A stretch of DNA of 64,000 nucleotides from an uncultured delta proteobacterium (GTDB lineage Bacteria > Desulfobacterota > RBG-13-43-22). The translations under genes were made by a program, and so were the position numbers. Positions within the stretch are counted from its first letter, which is position 1. Every line of letters begins with the position of its first letter. Below, in pieces: positions 1 through 10,418 of the stretch. The stretch spans positions 64,001 to 128,000 of the forward strand of contig CAVUPH010000006.1 in the NCBI GenBank assembly GCA_963743305.1, in the 5' to 3' direction. Under the pieces are notes generated by a model. That model worked only from the letters and a program-made list of their open reading frames with translations, made no database searches and had not been told where the DNA came from.

Positions 1-1
1 A

Positions 2-271
2 AGCCCCACTTGGTACGGCGGGCAAGGCGGTGGGGATGGTATACCAGGCGCCGGCCTCGTTGGTGATCCGGTAACCGGCGATGTTGATCGGCGCGGCCCC
101 TGAATTCTTCAGCTCCACCCATTGATGGCTGCCGGCGCCGGGGTTGAACAGGACCTCATTAATTCGTATTGCGCTGTTGGTGGCACTAATCGCGGTTCCC
201 ATTGATAAGATCAAAAGCGTACCCAGCAAAATCAAACCAATCAATCCTTGAAAGCCTTGACGTTTACTCAT
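2..271 (-). CDS. Secreted lamin-tail-domain protein, N-terminal part (runs off window edge)
   Basis: Manual translation from ATG at 271 (GGAGGTGA RBS upstream): signal peptide, then IRINEVLFNPGAGSHQWVELKNSGAAPINIAGYRI, typical of lamin-tail domains. Confidence 0.7.
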   Translation of the reverse strand, partial: MSKRQGFQGLIGLILLGTLLILSMGTAISATNSAIRINEVLFNPGAGSHQWVELKNSGAAPINIAGYRITNEAGAWYTIPTALPAVPSGA

Positions 272-525
272 GGATCACCTCCATTGCTGTTCTTTGGGAG
301 TCATCTTGTTGATTATTGTCCATTACCCTGCCGCGGGACCTATGGCAACGCAACAATACCGCGGCGGTTACCCTAATCGCTTTTTTTCTCTCCTCTTAAG
401 TTATTGCTAATTCGGTTCGGCGGGGGGGTCGACTTATACTGACAGGCAATCCTTCGCCTGCTTATTTTTTGAATATCATAGTTAAGAAAAACATTCAAAG
501 AAATAAATTTGGGGAGGATCAGACC

Positions 526-683
526 TGATGATTTCGCAAAAAGTCCTCAGCGCTGTCATTGCGAGGAGTGAAGCGACGAAGCAATCCCCAAGAACCAGCT
601 AGCTACTAGGATGGGGATTAGCTTCCCCCGGATCAAGTCCGGGGTCGCAATGACAGGTTTTTGGACTTTTTGCGAGGTTGTCA
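526..683. repeat. Nested palindromic REP/MITE-like element
   Basis: Outer inverted repeats TCGCAAAAAGTCC/GGACTTTTTGCGA enclose a GTCATTGCGA...TCGCAATGAC hairpin; the inner arm recurs at 16446-16477. Confidence 0.7.
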
Positions 684-716
684 AAACTCTTTCGATCTCC
701 TCTCCCATCACCAAGA

Positions 717-2618
717 TCATGCTTCCGCCCCGGTCAGACAAACGCCTATTTTTTCCCATCGACCCTCTTCGACCCAATCGTATTTTTCCTTGAACAGCCG
801 GTCGCTGAGCTGACGCTGTTCTTTCCGGGCGCGCTGCAGGAAAAGGGCGAACTGGTCGGGACCGCCGTTGTACATGGCGTAGACGGCCTGATAGAGCAGG
901 TCGTCGTCGGGGGGTTTGGAAGGGCCGACCCGTTCCAGGCCGTAGCGCAGGTAGCGGGCCAGGATCTCCGTTCCGGCCCGGGCGTTGTAATGGATGTTCC
1001 AGCGCAGGCTCTCCGGCCGGTAGATTCCCCGCCAGACTTGGACGTTGATTTGCATCAGGCCGACCGAGCTACGGTTATAAGAGGTGAGGTAGCGGATTTT
1101 CCCGCCGCTGACGGTAAACTGCCGCCAGCAGCTCTCCTGCCAGGCCGTGGCCGTTACCAGATTTTTGAAACCTTTCCTCCGCTTCTGATCCGGGTTAGCC
1201 CCGTTATAAACCCGTTCAACGGCCTGGGAGATGAGTCCCCGGATTCTCGAAAGGTATGGGTCGATCTCCTTCCGGGGAGGTATCCAGGGTAAGAGTTCCT
1301 GATCGGCCCGGCTGCTGTCCGCGACATTGGCGGCAGCCTGTCGGATCATCCAACGCCCCGGGCTTTCCGGTCCCAGATCGGACTCCGGCCATAACCCCTC
1401 CGGAAGGTCCACCTCATCCGCATCATATTCCGGTCCGGGCTCTTCGATGGGCGGACCCAACAGTAATATCTCGCGCAAACGGGGATCCACTTCCTTCGAA
1501 TACCGGGGCTCCCAGTCGGACTTGGGGGAAGCCAGCAGCCGGGCCAGCCGAATCAACCCGTTCCGGCTGACTTCCAGACCGAAGGCGGGTCCGATCCGGT
1601 CCAACGCCTTTAAGGCGTCCATGACGCTGAAAAAGGCCAGGTAGTTAACCAGATTGGGTGACGGTTCCTGAACCAGATATTTCCTGAGGATGGGGCTGAG
1701 GCCGGACCAGGAGGTCACCAATTGCCGACGTATCAGGTCGGGTGCCGAAGTACCGGCCTGGTCCAGCGCCGCGGCCGCCTGGTACCGCCCGGACAGGAGA
1801 ATCTCCAGTACCCGGTCCCGCTCTTCCGGAGTCAACGGCTGCCCGGCCAGGGCCAGGATTTGAAAGACCACAAAGGGATCCCATAATTCCCAAAGTGCTT
1901 GCAACCGCTCCGGCTCTTTTTCGGGCGGGCCGGTTCCCTCTGGAATGGCCGCACCCGGATCCGGGACCTCCACCTCAAAAAGAACCGGAACGCGTAGGGC
2001 CTCGGGACCGGTTTCGACGGCCCCCGGACGAAGGGTTTTCAGCCAGGAGGAGATCCGGTCCCGGCCTTCCGGATGGACCATCAAGGGGATCAGCTCCCTG
2101 ATTTGCGTTACCGGGGGCGCCAGGTTGAGGGAGAATTTTTCCAATTGCGGATGAACAAACCGTTTGACCAAGTCCCAGACGACCCGGGCAACGGAGATTT
2201 CATCCTCTGATCGTTGATACAAACGGGAATCCACCACTCGAAAGTGGAGCCGCCAGTACTGGGGTTCCAGAAGAGGTTCCAACCGGGCCTTGAAATTACC
2301 CTCCCAATCCACCGGCTGGAGGCACTCGGCCATGACCGATAATCCGGCCCGGACCTGAAGGCGGGCGGAGAGGATCAGCCCTCCCTCACTGGTCTTAACA
2401 TCCGGGTCTCTCAATTCGATTCGATTGCAGTGATTCCCGGGATCGATCAAGATCGCCCGGGGTCCGGGTTCAGGAAACACCTGTTGGATTAAAAAGGCCC
2501 GCAGCAAAGGCGGATCGAGGGTGATGGGCAGGGATAGGGTCTCCGTGCCCGCCCAGGACGTACCCAGCCAGAACAGTCCCAACCAGCCCCAGGCAAAAAT
2601 CCTTAAAATCGGTTTCAT
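717..2618 (-). CDS. Secreted protein with C-terminal lytic transglycosylase (SLT) domain
   Basis: Signal peptide; SLT motifs ATAWQES, SSVGLMQIN, AMYNGGP. Confidence 0.8.
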   Translation of the reverse strand: MKPILRIFAWGWLGLFWLGTSWAGTETLSLPITLDPPLLRAFLIQQVFPEPGPRAILIDPGNHCNRIELRDPDVKTSEGGLILSARLQVRAGLSVMAECLQPVDWEGNFKARLEPLLEPQYWRLHFRVVDSRLYQRSEDEISVARVVWDLVKRFVHPQLEKFSLNLAPPVTQIRELIPLMVHPEGRDRISSWLKTLRPGAVETGPEALRVPVLFEVEVPDPGAAIPEGTGPPEKEPERLQALWELWDPFVVFQILALAGQPLTPEERDRVLEILLSGRYQAAAALDQAGTSAPDLIRRQLVTSWSGLSPILRKYLVQEPSPNLVNYLAFFSVMDALKALDRIGPAFGLEVSRNGLIRLARLLASPKSDWEPRYSKEVDPRLREILLLGPPIEEPGPEYDADEVDLPEGLWPESDLGPESPGRWMIRQAAANVADSSRADQELLPWIPPRKEIDPYLSRIRGLISQAVERVYNGANPDQKRRKGFKNLVTATAWQESCWRQFTVSGGKIRYLTSYNRSSVGLMQINVQVWRGIYRPESLRWNIHYNARAGTEILARYLRYGLERVGPSKPPDDDLLYQAVYAMYNGGPDQFALFLQRARKEQRQLSDRLFKEKYDWVEEGRWEKIGVCLTGAEA

Positions 2619-3661
2619 GGCTTAGACGACCCGGCCTTCTCCTTCATGCTTTTTTTAAGCCCCCGAATGTTTCTCAACACAAAGGCCTCCGGATCGAGAA
2701 CTCCTTTCGAATCCCGGGGAAGGGAGTCCAACGGCATTTCTGCCCGAGCGGCATTTTTGTGTCCCCCGGCCGAAGCCCCCCACCTTTCAAAGAGCTTCTG
2801 AGCCGTTTTTCCCGCATTTCCCCGCAAATCCGCGTTTCGGAAGATGACGATCAATTTGTCTTTATGCGTCCCGGAGACGATGCTCCAGGTGGCTTCGGCC
2901 AGGCGGGTAAAAAAATCGGCGATGATCACCAGGATATCCGGATTTTCCACCTCGCCCAGATGGACGAAGGCCTTGTCCTTCACGAAAGTCAATTTCTCCA
3001 GAGCCAATTTATAACTGGTTAGGACTTTTCGGGTTATTTCCGAAGATTCAATTTTTTTGATCATATTCATATTGGAAAATTTATACAGATAGCGGAAGGC
3101 GCTGATGTCCTCCAGGGTAGCCCCCCGCACGAAATTATCCGTATCGGTCTTAATTCCGTAAAAAAGCGCGGTCGCCAATCTCTGGGAGGGGATGATTTTG
3201 AGCCCTTTCAGGTATTCGGTCATGATGGTGGCGGTGGCGCCGAAATGTTCGCGGACATCCACAAAATCCGCCGTCAATCCCCCTTCACAGGGATGGTGAT
3301 CGATGACGATATCGAAGGGAATATCCCGAAACTCCGCGTAATGTTGCGGCTGGGAATCCAATACGGCCCATTTGGTTATCAGGGCGGGCTTCAGGTGCCG
3401 GAGGTGCTGCTGCTCTATTCTCAGGAACTTGATAAAGGCCAGATTGTCCGCCCGCTGCACCTGGTTGATATGATAGATTAATATTTTTTTGGCCTTCCTC
3501 CAGAAAATCCGTTTCAAAGCGATGGCGCTGGCCATAGCATCGGGATCGGCATTGATCAATATGCCCAGCGTGTCGTCGGGACCCACCGCCTTCATGAGAC
3601 ACCTTCCTTTTTCGGCCGAGGTGGCGGATTTGGTGAACGATTGCTGATTATGGGCCTTCAA
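2615..3661 (-). CDS. DHH-family phosphoesterase (NrnA-like)
   Basis: ADPDA, VIDHH, GIKTDT and SAGGH motifs. Confidence 0.85.
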   Translation of the reverse strand: MKAHNQQSFTKSATSAEKGRCLMKAVGPDDTLGILINADPDAMASAIALKRIFWRKAKKILIYHINQVQRADNLAFIKFLRIEQQHLRHLKPALITKWAVLDSQPQHYAEFRDIPFDIVIDHHPCEGGLTADFVDVREHFGATATIMTEYLKGLKIIPSQRLATALFYGIKTDTDNFVRGATLEDISAFRYLYKFSNMNMIKKIESSEITRKVLTSYKLALEKLTFVKDKAFVHLGEVENPDILVIIADFFTRLAEATWSIVSGTHKDKLIVIFRNADLRGNAGKTAQKLFERWGASAGGHKNAARAEMPLDSLPRDSKGVLDPEAFVLRNIRGLKKSMKEKAGSSKP

Positions 3662-3858
3662 GAAGGATATCTCTCCTTAAAATAGGAACGATTTTTTAAC
3701 TAGCGCCAAAGTCTACCAGAAAGCGGTAGCATTTAGAAGAATTAGCTGATCTTCCAACCCCGGGGAGCCCCGACCTTTCCTGATCATCCAGGATCCGGGT
3801 ATAAAATAAAAGAGGCCTAACCGCTTCCGGATAAGCCCCTTCTCTTCCTTTAAAAACG

Positions 3859-3934
<76 letters not shown>

Positions 3935-3943
3935 ACGGGTTTC

Positions 3944-3971
3944 ACTTTAAAGATTCCCGGAATTTTGTCAA
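3944..3971 (-). promoter_or_regulatory. Sigma70-type promoter of tRNA-Phe
   Basis: TTGACA-16 nt-TAAAGT directly upstream of the tRNA. Confidence 0.6.
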
Positions 3972-3987
3972 GAAAAATATCGGTTTT

Positions 3988-4341
3988 TTATTCCAGGGTA
4001 AGGTCCACCGCGAATCCCTCGCTGATTTTCTTCTTCTCTTCCGCCGGGTTTACTTTCCATTTTTCGGAGAGCGCGGCCACGGTGGTCTCGTCATTGAGAT
4101 CGAGGTCTACGGTTTTCGGAGCCGAGGGAGACACTGATTGGATTTTTGCAGTTCCCTCGTTTACCGGGGCTGCCTTGACTGAACCCGATGGGACCTTTTT
4201 CAAGATTTCCGTCAGGGAAAGGGGCTGCAACGGCCCTTCGGGAAGGTTTAAACGAATCCTCTCCCCCGAAAGGTCCGCCCGGCATTTGGAACAAGTGTCC
4301 GGATTGTCAAATTGATTGTAACCGCACTTCGGACAACGCAT
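3988..4341 (-). CDS. Zinc-ribbon domain protein
   Basis: N-terminal CPKC...CSKC; AGGAGG RBS. Confidence 0.7.
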   Translation of the reverse strand: MRCPKCGYNQFDNPDTCSKCRADLSGERIRLNLPEGPLQPLSLTEILKKVPSGSVKAAPVNEGTAKIQSVSPSAPKTVDLDLNDETTVAALSEKWKVNPAEEKKKISEGFAVDLTLE

Positions 4342-4354
4342 ATAAACCTCCTTT

Positions 4355-5104
4355 TCAATTTCCCCCCAGGTCCCCCCAACAATATTGCAAGAGACCGATA
4401 AGAGTCAGGACTGCTGTTTCGGCCCTCAGTATCCTGGGCCCCAGGGAGATGGTAATAAAGTTTTTTTCTTTAGCCCGGCGGATTTCTTCCGAACCAAAGC
4501 CCCCTTCCGGTCCGATACAAACCATTACCTGTCCGGTCTCAGGGGGTTTATCGGCTATTTCCTTTAAGGTATTAGCCGTTTCTCCTTCATAGGGCAGGAT
4601 TCGCAAGGCCTGCCCCCCGGTCTCCAGCACCTGATCAAAGGAGCAAGGCGCCATTAGTTCGGGCAATCGGTTCCGGCCGCACTGTTTGGCCGCTGCGGTG
4701 ATGATCCGTTTCCATCGTTCCTGCTTGCCCCCCAATTCCTGTCTGGAAAAATTGCGCCCGGATTTGCTGGAAAAGTAAGGGCAAAACAAATTCACTCCCA
4801 GCTCCGTGCCTTTTTGATAGATCCATTCCAGGGGCTGTGGTCGAATCAGGGGAACAGCCAGCGTAATCCTCAGCGGGGATTCCCGGGGGACCCATTTTTT
4901 CCCCAACACTTCACAAAAAACCTGCCCCCTCTGCGTACCGGTTATTTGGGCATTAAATTCCCAGCCGGTATTATCAAAAAGAACGATCCGGTCACCGGGC
5001 CCCAGCCGTAGGACCCGCAGGATATGGTCGGCCTCCTCCCCCTCCAGCGAGGGTCTCTCCTGCTGAAGGCGACCGGAATCCATGAAAAAACGTCTGGGCG
5101 TCAC
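4355..5104 (-). CDS. rsmE: 16S rRNA m3U1498 methyltransferase
   Basis: HILRVLR, QKGTELGV, AAKQCGR, IGPEGGF, LGPRILRAETA. Confidence 0.93.
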   Translation of the reverse strand: MTPRRFFMDSGRLQQERPSLEGEEADHILRVLRLGPGDRIVLFDNTGWEFNAQITGTQRGQVFCEVLGKKWVPRESPLRITLAVPLIRPQPLEWIYQKGTELGVNLFCPYFSSKSGRNFSRQELGGKQERWKRIITAAAKQCGRNRLPELMAPCSFDQVLETGGQALRILPYEGETANTLKEIADKPPETGQVMVCIGPEGGFGSEEIRRAKEKNFITISLGPRILRAETAVLTLIGLLQYCWGDLGGN

Positions 5105-5258
5105 AGATGTTTATAATCCCCTACCTGCCAAATAAACCGGGTGAACCATTTTTCTCTCGACCGCTCCTTTCCGTCGCTCGAGTTCACAGAGAGATCAGAG
5201 AACTTTTCTCTGCAATCTCTGTGCGCTCGGAAAGAGATCGTCTTTTGCTGTGACTAGA

Positions 5259-6185
5259 CTATACCCCGGGCTCCTTTGAAAACAAGACACCGGCCCATTC
5301 CTCTTCCAGGTAAAGGCAGAGGAAGGTCAGCTTGCGGAGCACACAGGCCCGAATCAATTCTTTAGCCTGGGAATCTAAAATGCCGGACAAAACCAGAAAT
5401 CCTCCGGGAGAGAGCAGGCTCTGGAGCACCCCGGTCAAAGGCAGCAGGTCAGCCAAGGTTAAATTGGCGAAAATCAGAGAGTAAACGCCCTGGATTGATT
5501 CCGCCGTCCCCTCCTGCACCCGGATGATGGATTCAAAACCGTTTATGGCCACATGCAGACGTGCCGCCGCCACCGCCAGGGGGTCCGAGTCAATGGCCAG
5601 GACCGACCGGGCATTGAACAGGGCCGCGGCCAGGGCCAAAATCCCGGTCCCGGTACCCACATCCAGGACCCGGGTCAAAGGGTGGCGGGAGTGACCGGTC
5701 TCTTCGGATAGGCCTTCCAGAACCCTCAGGCATAACCGTGTGCTGGCGTGGCCACCGGTCCCGAAGGCCTGGCCGGGATCGAGGCGCAGGACCTTTTCCT
5801 CGCCTTCAGGCCGGTATTCCTCCCAGGTTGGGCAGATAACGAGAGAGGGAGAGAGCCTCAAGGGTTTAAAATTCCGTTTCCAGTTATCCTGCCAGTTTTC
5901 GGAAGGGATCAGCCGTAGCTCCCAGCAGGGGGAAGGGACCTCCGGAAAAAATGAAAAATAGGAGGCGATCCTTTTTTTAAGTCGGATGAATTTCCGGCGA
6001 AAAGCCTCATCCCGAGGCAAAAATCCACGAACCCGTTGTGGCCCCTCTAAAGCCGCATCAGGGTCCACCTTATAGGTACCCCTTCCGGTTTCTTCGAAGA
6101 GGATAACCGCACAGTCTTCGGCCTGAAACGCCGGAATAGTGAGGGTGATTTCCATCCAGGCGGAATATTCATTTAGGCTATTCAT
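5259..6185 (-). CDS. prmA: Ribosomal protein L11 methyltransferase
   Basis: LDPGQAFGTGGHASTRLC, VLDVGTGTGIL, LSGIL; ATG at 6185 preferred over the 6251 ORF start. Confidence 0.92.
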   Translation of the reverse strand: MNSLNEYSAWMEITLTIPAFQAEDCAVILFEETGRGTYKVDPDAALEGPQRVRGFLPRDEAFRRKFIRLKKRIASYFSFFPEVPSPCWELRLIPSENWQDNWKRNFKPLRLSPSLVICPTWEEYRPEGEEKVLRLDPGQAFGTGGHASTRLCLRVLEGLSEETGHSRHPLTRVLDVGTGTGILALAAALFNARSVLAIDSDPLAVAAARLHVAINGFESIIRVQEGTAESIQGVYSLIFANLTLADLLPLTGVLQSLLSPGGFLVLSGILDSQAKELIRACVLRKLTFLCLYLEEEWAGVLFSKEPGV

Positions 6186-6275
6186 AAGACGCCCTCTTTT
6201 TAGGGTTGCCGGATTTTTAAATATTCTATAAGATTTTAGAATTAAAATCAAACAGATTGCCCGAAGGAAGGAACC

Positions 6276-7055
6276 ATGAACCCGGAGCGGTTAAAAAAAA
6301 TCCTGACCCAGGTCAGACAGGGTAAACTCACGGTGGACGGGGCGCTGAAAAGCCTAAAACATCTGCCTTTTGAAGATATTGATTTCGCCCAAATCGACCA
6401 CCACCGCTCCTTGCGCAAGGGATTCCCCGAAGTGATTTACGGGGAAGGCAAAACGGCCGCCCAGGTGCTGGAGATCATGGTCCGGATGACTCGTCAAGGA
6501 GAAAACGTCCTGATCACCCGTCTGGCCCCGAATAAGGCCCGGACGGTCTTAAAAAAATACCCCCGGGCCGTCTACCATCCCCTATCCCGGGTCCTGACTC
6601 TGGAAAAGATCCCGATGACGGTTAAATCCGCCCGGGGAACCGTACTCGTCATTTCCGCCGGGACCTCGGATATCCCCGTGGCCGAAGAAGCCTTGATCAC
6701 GGCCCGGGTCATGGGCAATCCGGTGGAGCATCTTTATGATCTGGGGGTCGCCGGACTTCATCGTTTATTGGCCCATCAGAAAAAAATTGCCCTGGCTTCG
6801 GTCCTGATTGTGGTCGCCGGTATGGAAGGGGCTTTGCCCAGTGTGGTGGGCGGGTTGGTGGACCGGCCGGTGATCGCCGTGCCGACCAGCGTGGGCTACG
6901 GGGCCAGCTTCCAAGGGGTTGCCGCCCTGCTGGGCATGCTCAACTCCTGCGCCTCCGGGGTAGCCGTAGTCAACATCGACAACGGTTTCGGCGCTGCTTA
7001 CCTGGCCACCCTGATCAACCGGCCTTTTCCCGCCGCGGAAGATCCTCTTCCCTGA
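6276..7055 (+). CDS. larB: Nickel-pincer cofactor biosynthesis protein LarB (PurE-like)
   Basis: GFPEVIYGEGKT, AGTSDIPVAEEA, VAGMEGALPSVV, VVNIDNGFGAA. Confidence 0.9.
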   Translation: MNPERLKKILTQVRQGKLTVDGALKSLKHLPFEDIDFAQIDHHRSLRKGFPEVIYGEGKTAAQVLEIMVRMTRQGENVLITRLAPNKARTVLKKYPRAVYHPLSRVLTLEKIPMTVKSARGTVLVISAGTSDIPVAEEALITARVMGNPVEHLYDLGVAGLHRLLAHQKKIALASVLIVVAGMEGALPSVVGGLVDRPVIAVPTSVGYGASFQGVAALLGMLNSCASGVAVVNIDNGFGAAYLATLINRPFPAAEDPLP

Positions 7056-7079
7056 CCCGACTCCCAAAAGCCCTTCAGG

Positions 7080-7158
7080 CGGAGTTTACCCTGAGCCAAC
7101 GACGAGATCCTTCGCTTTGCTCAGGATGACAGGTTGGGACTTTTTGCGGGGTCATCAA
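7080..7158. repeat. REP-like dispersed element
   Basis: 7080-7133 is a near-identical inverted copy of about 32602-32657; it ends in the GGACTTTTTGCG arm also seen at 663. Confidence 0.7.
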
Positions 7159-7191
7159 AAAAGGTTCGCCAGAGCTAAAACGGTTTGCCCT

Positions 7192-8535
7192 TCACCCCCG
7201 GGCGAGATCCTTCAACTGTTGGACCTGATCCCAGGAAAAAGGAGAAAGGCAGGGGAAAAGGGAATTGTTCTGATAAAGGGGTTCCTCCGCCAGGGGGAAG
7301 CGGGAAACGGCACAGGCCTCCGGCCAGAGAGGCGTCCCGGGGATGGGCGAATATTCGGCCAGCCGGGGCCGAAGGCCCATTTTTTTGACCTCCCTAATCG
7401 AGTCGGCTATTTCCCTGAGGCTCTGCCCCGGCAGACCCGCCAACAAGTAAGCCCCGATCTGCTCCCCGGAGAATCCGCCTTCTATTAAGGCCCTCACCGC
7501 CCGCTGCCACGATCCCGGATCGAGCTTGCCTCCCCAGGCCTTTTGCCGATCCCAGTTGGTGGTTTCCACACCCAGCCTCAGCGTTTTGAATCCGGCCCGA
7601 AAAAGCACCCGGGCCCGGTGCGAGTCGATCTCCCGCACCTGGAGGGCATTTGGAGCGTGAAAGCGGAGACCCCAACCCTCTCGAATGACCCGCTCCAATA
7701 CCGGGCCCAAACGCCGCTCAAAATGGGTCAGCAGCGCGTCGTCATAAAAGGCAAAGTCTTGCACCCCATACCCCTGGTGCCAGTGCCGGATTTCCTCGAG
7801 GATGTTTTCCGGGGACCGTTCCCGAAATCGGGGCTGCAAGAGCCGGGAGGCGCAATAGGGACAGGCGAGCGGGCACCCGCGAGCGGTTAGTAAACAAACG
7901 TAGGGAAGCCGCGGATACAGATCGAAGGCCGGAAAGGGATACGTATCCAGGTCTTCCGGGTCGGGGACCTTGACCGGAGTCAATCCGGTCAAGCCCTTCA
8001 ATAATTTTAAAATTGCCCCCTCCCCTTCTCCGGTGATAAGATAATCGACGCCGCTCAGGGCCTGGGCATGACGGGGCAGCAAACCGGCGTAGAGGCCTCC
8101 CAGGACCAACGGGGTCTCAGGGAAAACCTCTTTGACCAGGGAGACCGCCTCTTGAACTCCCGGATACCAGTAGGTCATCAGCGAGGTGATCAGTACGGCT
8201 TGAGGTTCCGGGATCTGCAACAAGGCGTCTCTAAAAATCCGGGGCGGGATCCCAAAGCGGTAATAAAACCTGGGGATCTCTTTCAAAGCAGGTGGCCGAG
8301 CGAGCCGCTGGCGCAAGTATGGCCCGATTCCGTAGCGCTTTCGCGAGCCTGGGGAGGATAACTCATGGGCCTGAGGAAGATCGGGGTCCAGGGCATCCAG
8401 CCAATAGATCCGGTACCCGTTGGCCCGCAAGGTCGCCGCCAGATACAACAGTCCTAACGGCTTGGCCCAGAGGTCAAAAGCGGAAAAATCCCCAATAGGG
8501 GGATTGATCAACAAAATAGAAGGACGATCTCTCAT
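7192..8535 (-). CDS. B12-binding radical SAM protein
   Basis: N-terminal KPLGLLYLAA/LVLGG cobalamin-binding domain; RGCPLACPYC (CX3CX2C). Confidence 0.88.
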   Translation of the reverse strand: MRDRPSILLINPPIGDFSAFDLWAKPLGLLYLAATLRANGYRIYWLDALDPDLPQAHELSSPGSRKRYGIGPYLRQRLARPPALKEIPRFYYRFGIPPRIFRDALLQIPEPQAVLITSLMTYWYPGVQEAVSLVKEVFPETPLVLGGLYAGLLPRHAQALSGVDYLITGEGEGAILKLLKGLTGLTPVKVPDPEDLDTYPFPAFDLYPRLPYVCLLTARGCPLACPYCASRLLQPRFRERSPENILEEIRHWHQGYGVQDFAFYDDALLTHFERRLGPVLERVIREGWGLRFHAPNALQVREIDSHRARVLFRAGFKTLRLGVETTNWDRQKAWGGKLDPGSWQRAVRALIEGGFSGEQIGAYLLAGLPGQSLREIADSIREVKKMGLRPRLAEYSPIPGTPLWPEACAVSRFPLAEEPLYQNNSLFPCLSPFSWDQVQQLKDLARG

Positions 8536-10028
8536 TGGAACAACAACCTATCCAGCTTAAAAATTTACGAAACTGGGTTACCCAGGAACCGCTTTTCCAA
8601 ACCCTGCGACAAAGGGCCGATCGCCTGGGGTCTGCCTGTTACTTGACCGGCGGCCTGGTCCGGGATTGGTTTCTCGGGCGACCAACCCGGGACATCGATC
8701 TGGCGGTTTCCCGGCAAGCCCTAGAGTTGGCCCGGGAGTTTGCCCAAGCCGCTCAGGGCACTTTTGTCCTCTTAAAAGAGGACCGGGCGACCGCCCGAGT
8801 GGTCCTTCCCGGCCTTCAATTCGACTTTGCCGGTTTTCGCGCCGCCAGCCTCCCTGAGGACTTAAGGGATCGGGATTTCACCATCAACAGCCTGGCCTTG
8901 CCCTTGACTTCGGCCTTCGGTCCCGATCCTTGGGAACCCATCGATCCGCTGAACGGGGCGGGCGACCTGGATCAGGGAATCATCCGCCAGTGCACTCCGA
9001 ATAGTTTTGACCGGGACCCGCTGCGCCTGTTGCGGGCCTATCGCTTCCAGGCGCAATTCGGGATGGAGATCGAAGCGGAGACCCGGCGGGGATTGCAAGA
9101 ATGGGGTCCGACACTGAACCGGTCGGCGTCCGAGCGCCGGCTTTATGAATGGCTTCAGTTGCTGGCCCAGCCGCTGTCCGGCCCCAGCCTCTCGCTCATG
9201 AATGAAGACGGGATTCTGGATATCCTCTTCCCGGAGTTCCTCCCCCTGAAGAACACCCCCCAGAACAGCTTTCATCATTTAAACGTTTTTGACCACTCCT
9301 TTCTGGCTCTTCAATGTCTGGAACAAATCCTAACCCATAGGCCTCCTGGCCCGCCCGAATTATCCGAGGCCTTAAAAGCCCACCCGGAGAAAGAAGCCCT
9401 GCGACCCTTGTTGAAATGGACCGCGCTGGTCCACGACTTAGGAAAACCGGCCGCCGCCGAACGAAGAGCAAACCGCTGGACTTTTCATTCCCATGATCGG
9501 TTCGGTCAGGAACTGTTTAATAACATGGCCGAGCGTTTCCGGCTGGGCCGTCAGGCCAGGGAGACCATGGTGCGGTTGATCGGTTGGCACATGCGCCCTT
9601 TTCATCTGTTGCGGGAAGAGCCCTTAGGGGGAAGAAGGCCCCGGGCCTTACTCCGTTGGGTCAAGGAAACCGGCGAGGATCTGAACAGCATCTTTCTCCT
9701 GGCTTTAGCCGACTGCCGGGCGGCCCAAGGCCCGGACCGCCCCCCTGATTTGGAAGACCGGCTTATCCGCTTGTGGCGAGAGGCTTTGCAAATACAGAAG
9801 GAAATCATCATCCCTCTGGCGAGCGCTCCACCCCTAATCAACGGAAACGATCTGATCCACCTGGGACTTGTCCCCGGTCCCTTATTCAAAGAAATTTTAG
9901 ACCGGATTAAAGAAGAACGATGGTCGGGGGCACTAACGACCCGTGAAGACGCCCTGGCCTGGATAGAAAGCGCCTTAGAAAAAAATCGGGTTCAAACTCG
10001 AAATCCGAATTTCGGGTTTAAGGTCTAG
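8535..10028 (+). CDS. CCA-adding/poly(A) polymerase family nucleotidyltransferase with HD domain
   Basis: GGLVRDWFLGRPTRDIDL, DLRDRDFTINSLA, DPLRLLRAYRF, HDLGK; start position uncertain. Confidence 0.88.
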   Translation: MEQQPIQLKNLRNWVTQEPLFQTLRQRADRLGSACYLTGGLVRDWFLGRPTRDIDLAVSRQALELAREFAQAAQGTFVLLKEDRATARVVLPGLQFDFAGFRAASLPEDLRDRDFTINSLALPLTSAFGPDPWEPIDPLNGAGDLDQGIIRQCTPNSFDRDPLRLLRAYRFQAQFGMEIEAETRRGLQEWGPTLNRSASERRLYEWLQLLAQPLSGPSLSLMNEDGILDILFPEFLPLKNTPQNSFHHLNVFDHSFLALQCLEQILTHRPPGPPELSEALKAHPEKEALRPLLKWTALVHDLGKPAAAERRANRWTFHSHDRFGQELFNNMAERFRLGRQARETMVRLIGWHMRPFHLLREEPLGGRRPRALLRWVKETGEDLNSIFLLALADCRAAQGPDRPPDLEDRLIRLWREALQIQKEIIIPLASAPPLINGNDLIHLGLVPGPLFKEILDRIKEERWSGALTTREDALAWIESALEKNRVQTRNPNFGFKV

Positions 10029-10418
10029 GAATGAAACAGGGGGGGCGTGTAGTTGGGATCGGACCAATAGCCGATACTCACGATTAGAACAAAAAGGGTC
10101 CAGAAAATAATCGAAATAATCAACCAGTCCTGGTTGCTATCATCCGCTTCGGCGTTCCCGGTCGTCTTACCCATCGTCGTCATTCGCTTCTTTCAGGGGT
10201 CGGTGGCAATAACCTATTTCCCGCTAAAAAATCCACAAGATATTTGCATTATAGACAAAAATAGGTTAATAACAAATTCTTAATAAAAGGTCAAGCACTA
10301 GCCAAAAATATTTGAAATATTTTTGGTGTAAATAGAAACCACTGTTCTGAGAATTTGTCTCTAACCATGGATGTCAGAATCTACCTCAACCATCCCCGGC
10401 AGCAAGGAGAAAAGGATC

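Noticed and set aside
324-375. GCCGCGG...CCGCGGC hairpin upstream of the lamin-tail gene, considered as a c-di-GMP (GEMM) riboswitch
   Set aside because: No GNRA tetraloop/receptor stem, and the resemblance is on the strand opposite the gene; only a generic hairpin is supported.
6276-7055. larB without larA/larC/larE
   Set aside because: lar genes are often dispersed; partners may lie outside the window.
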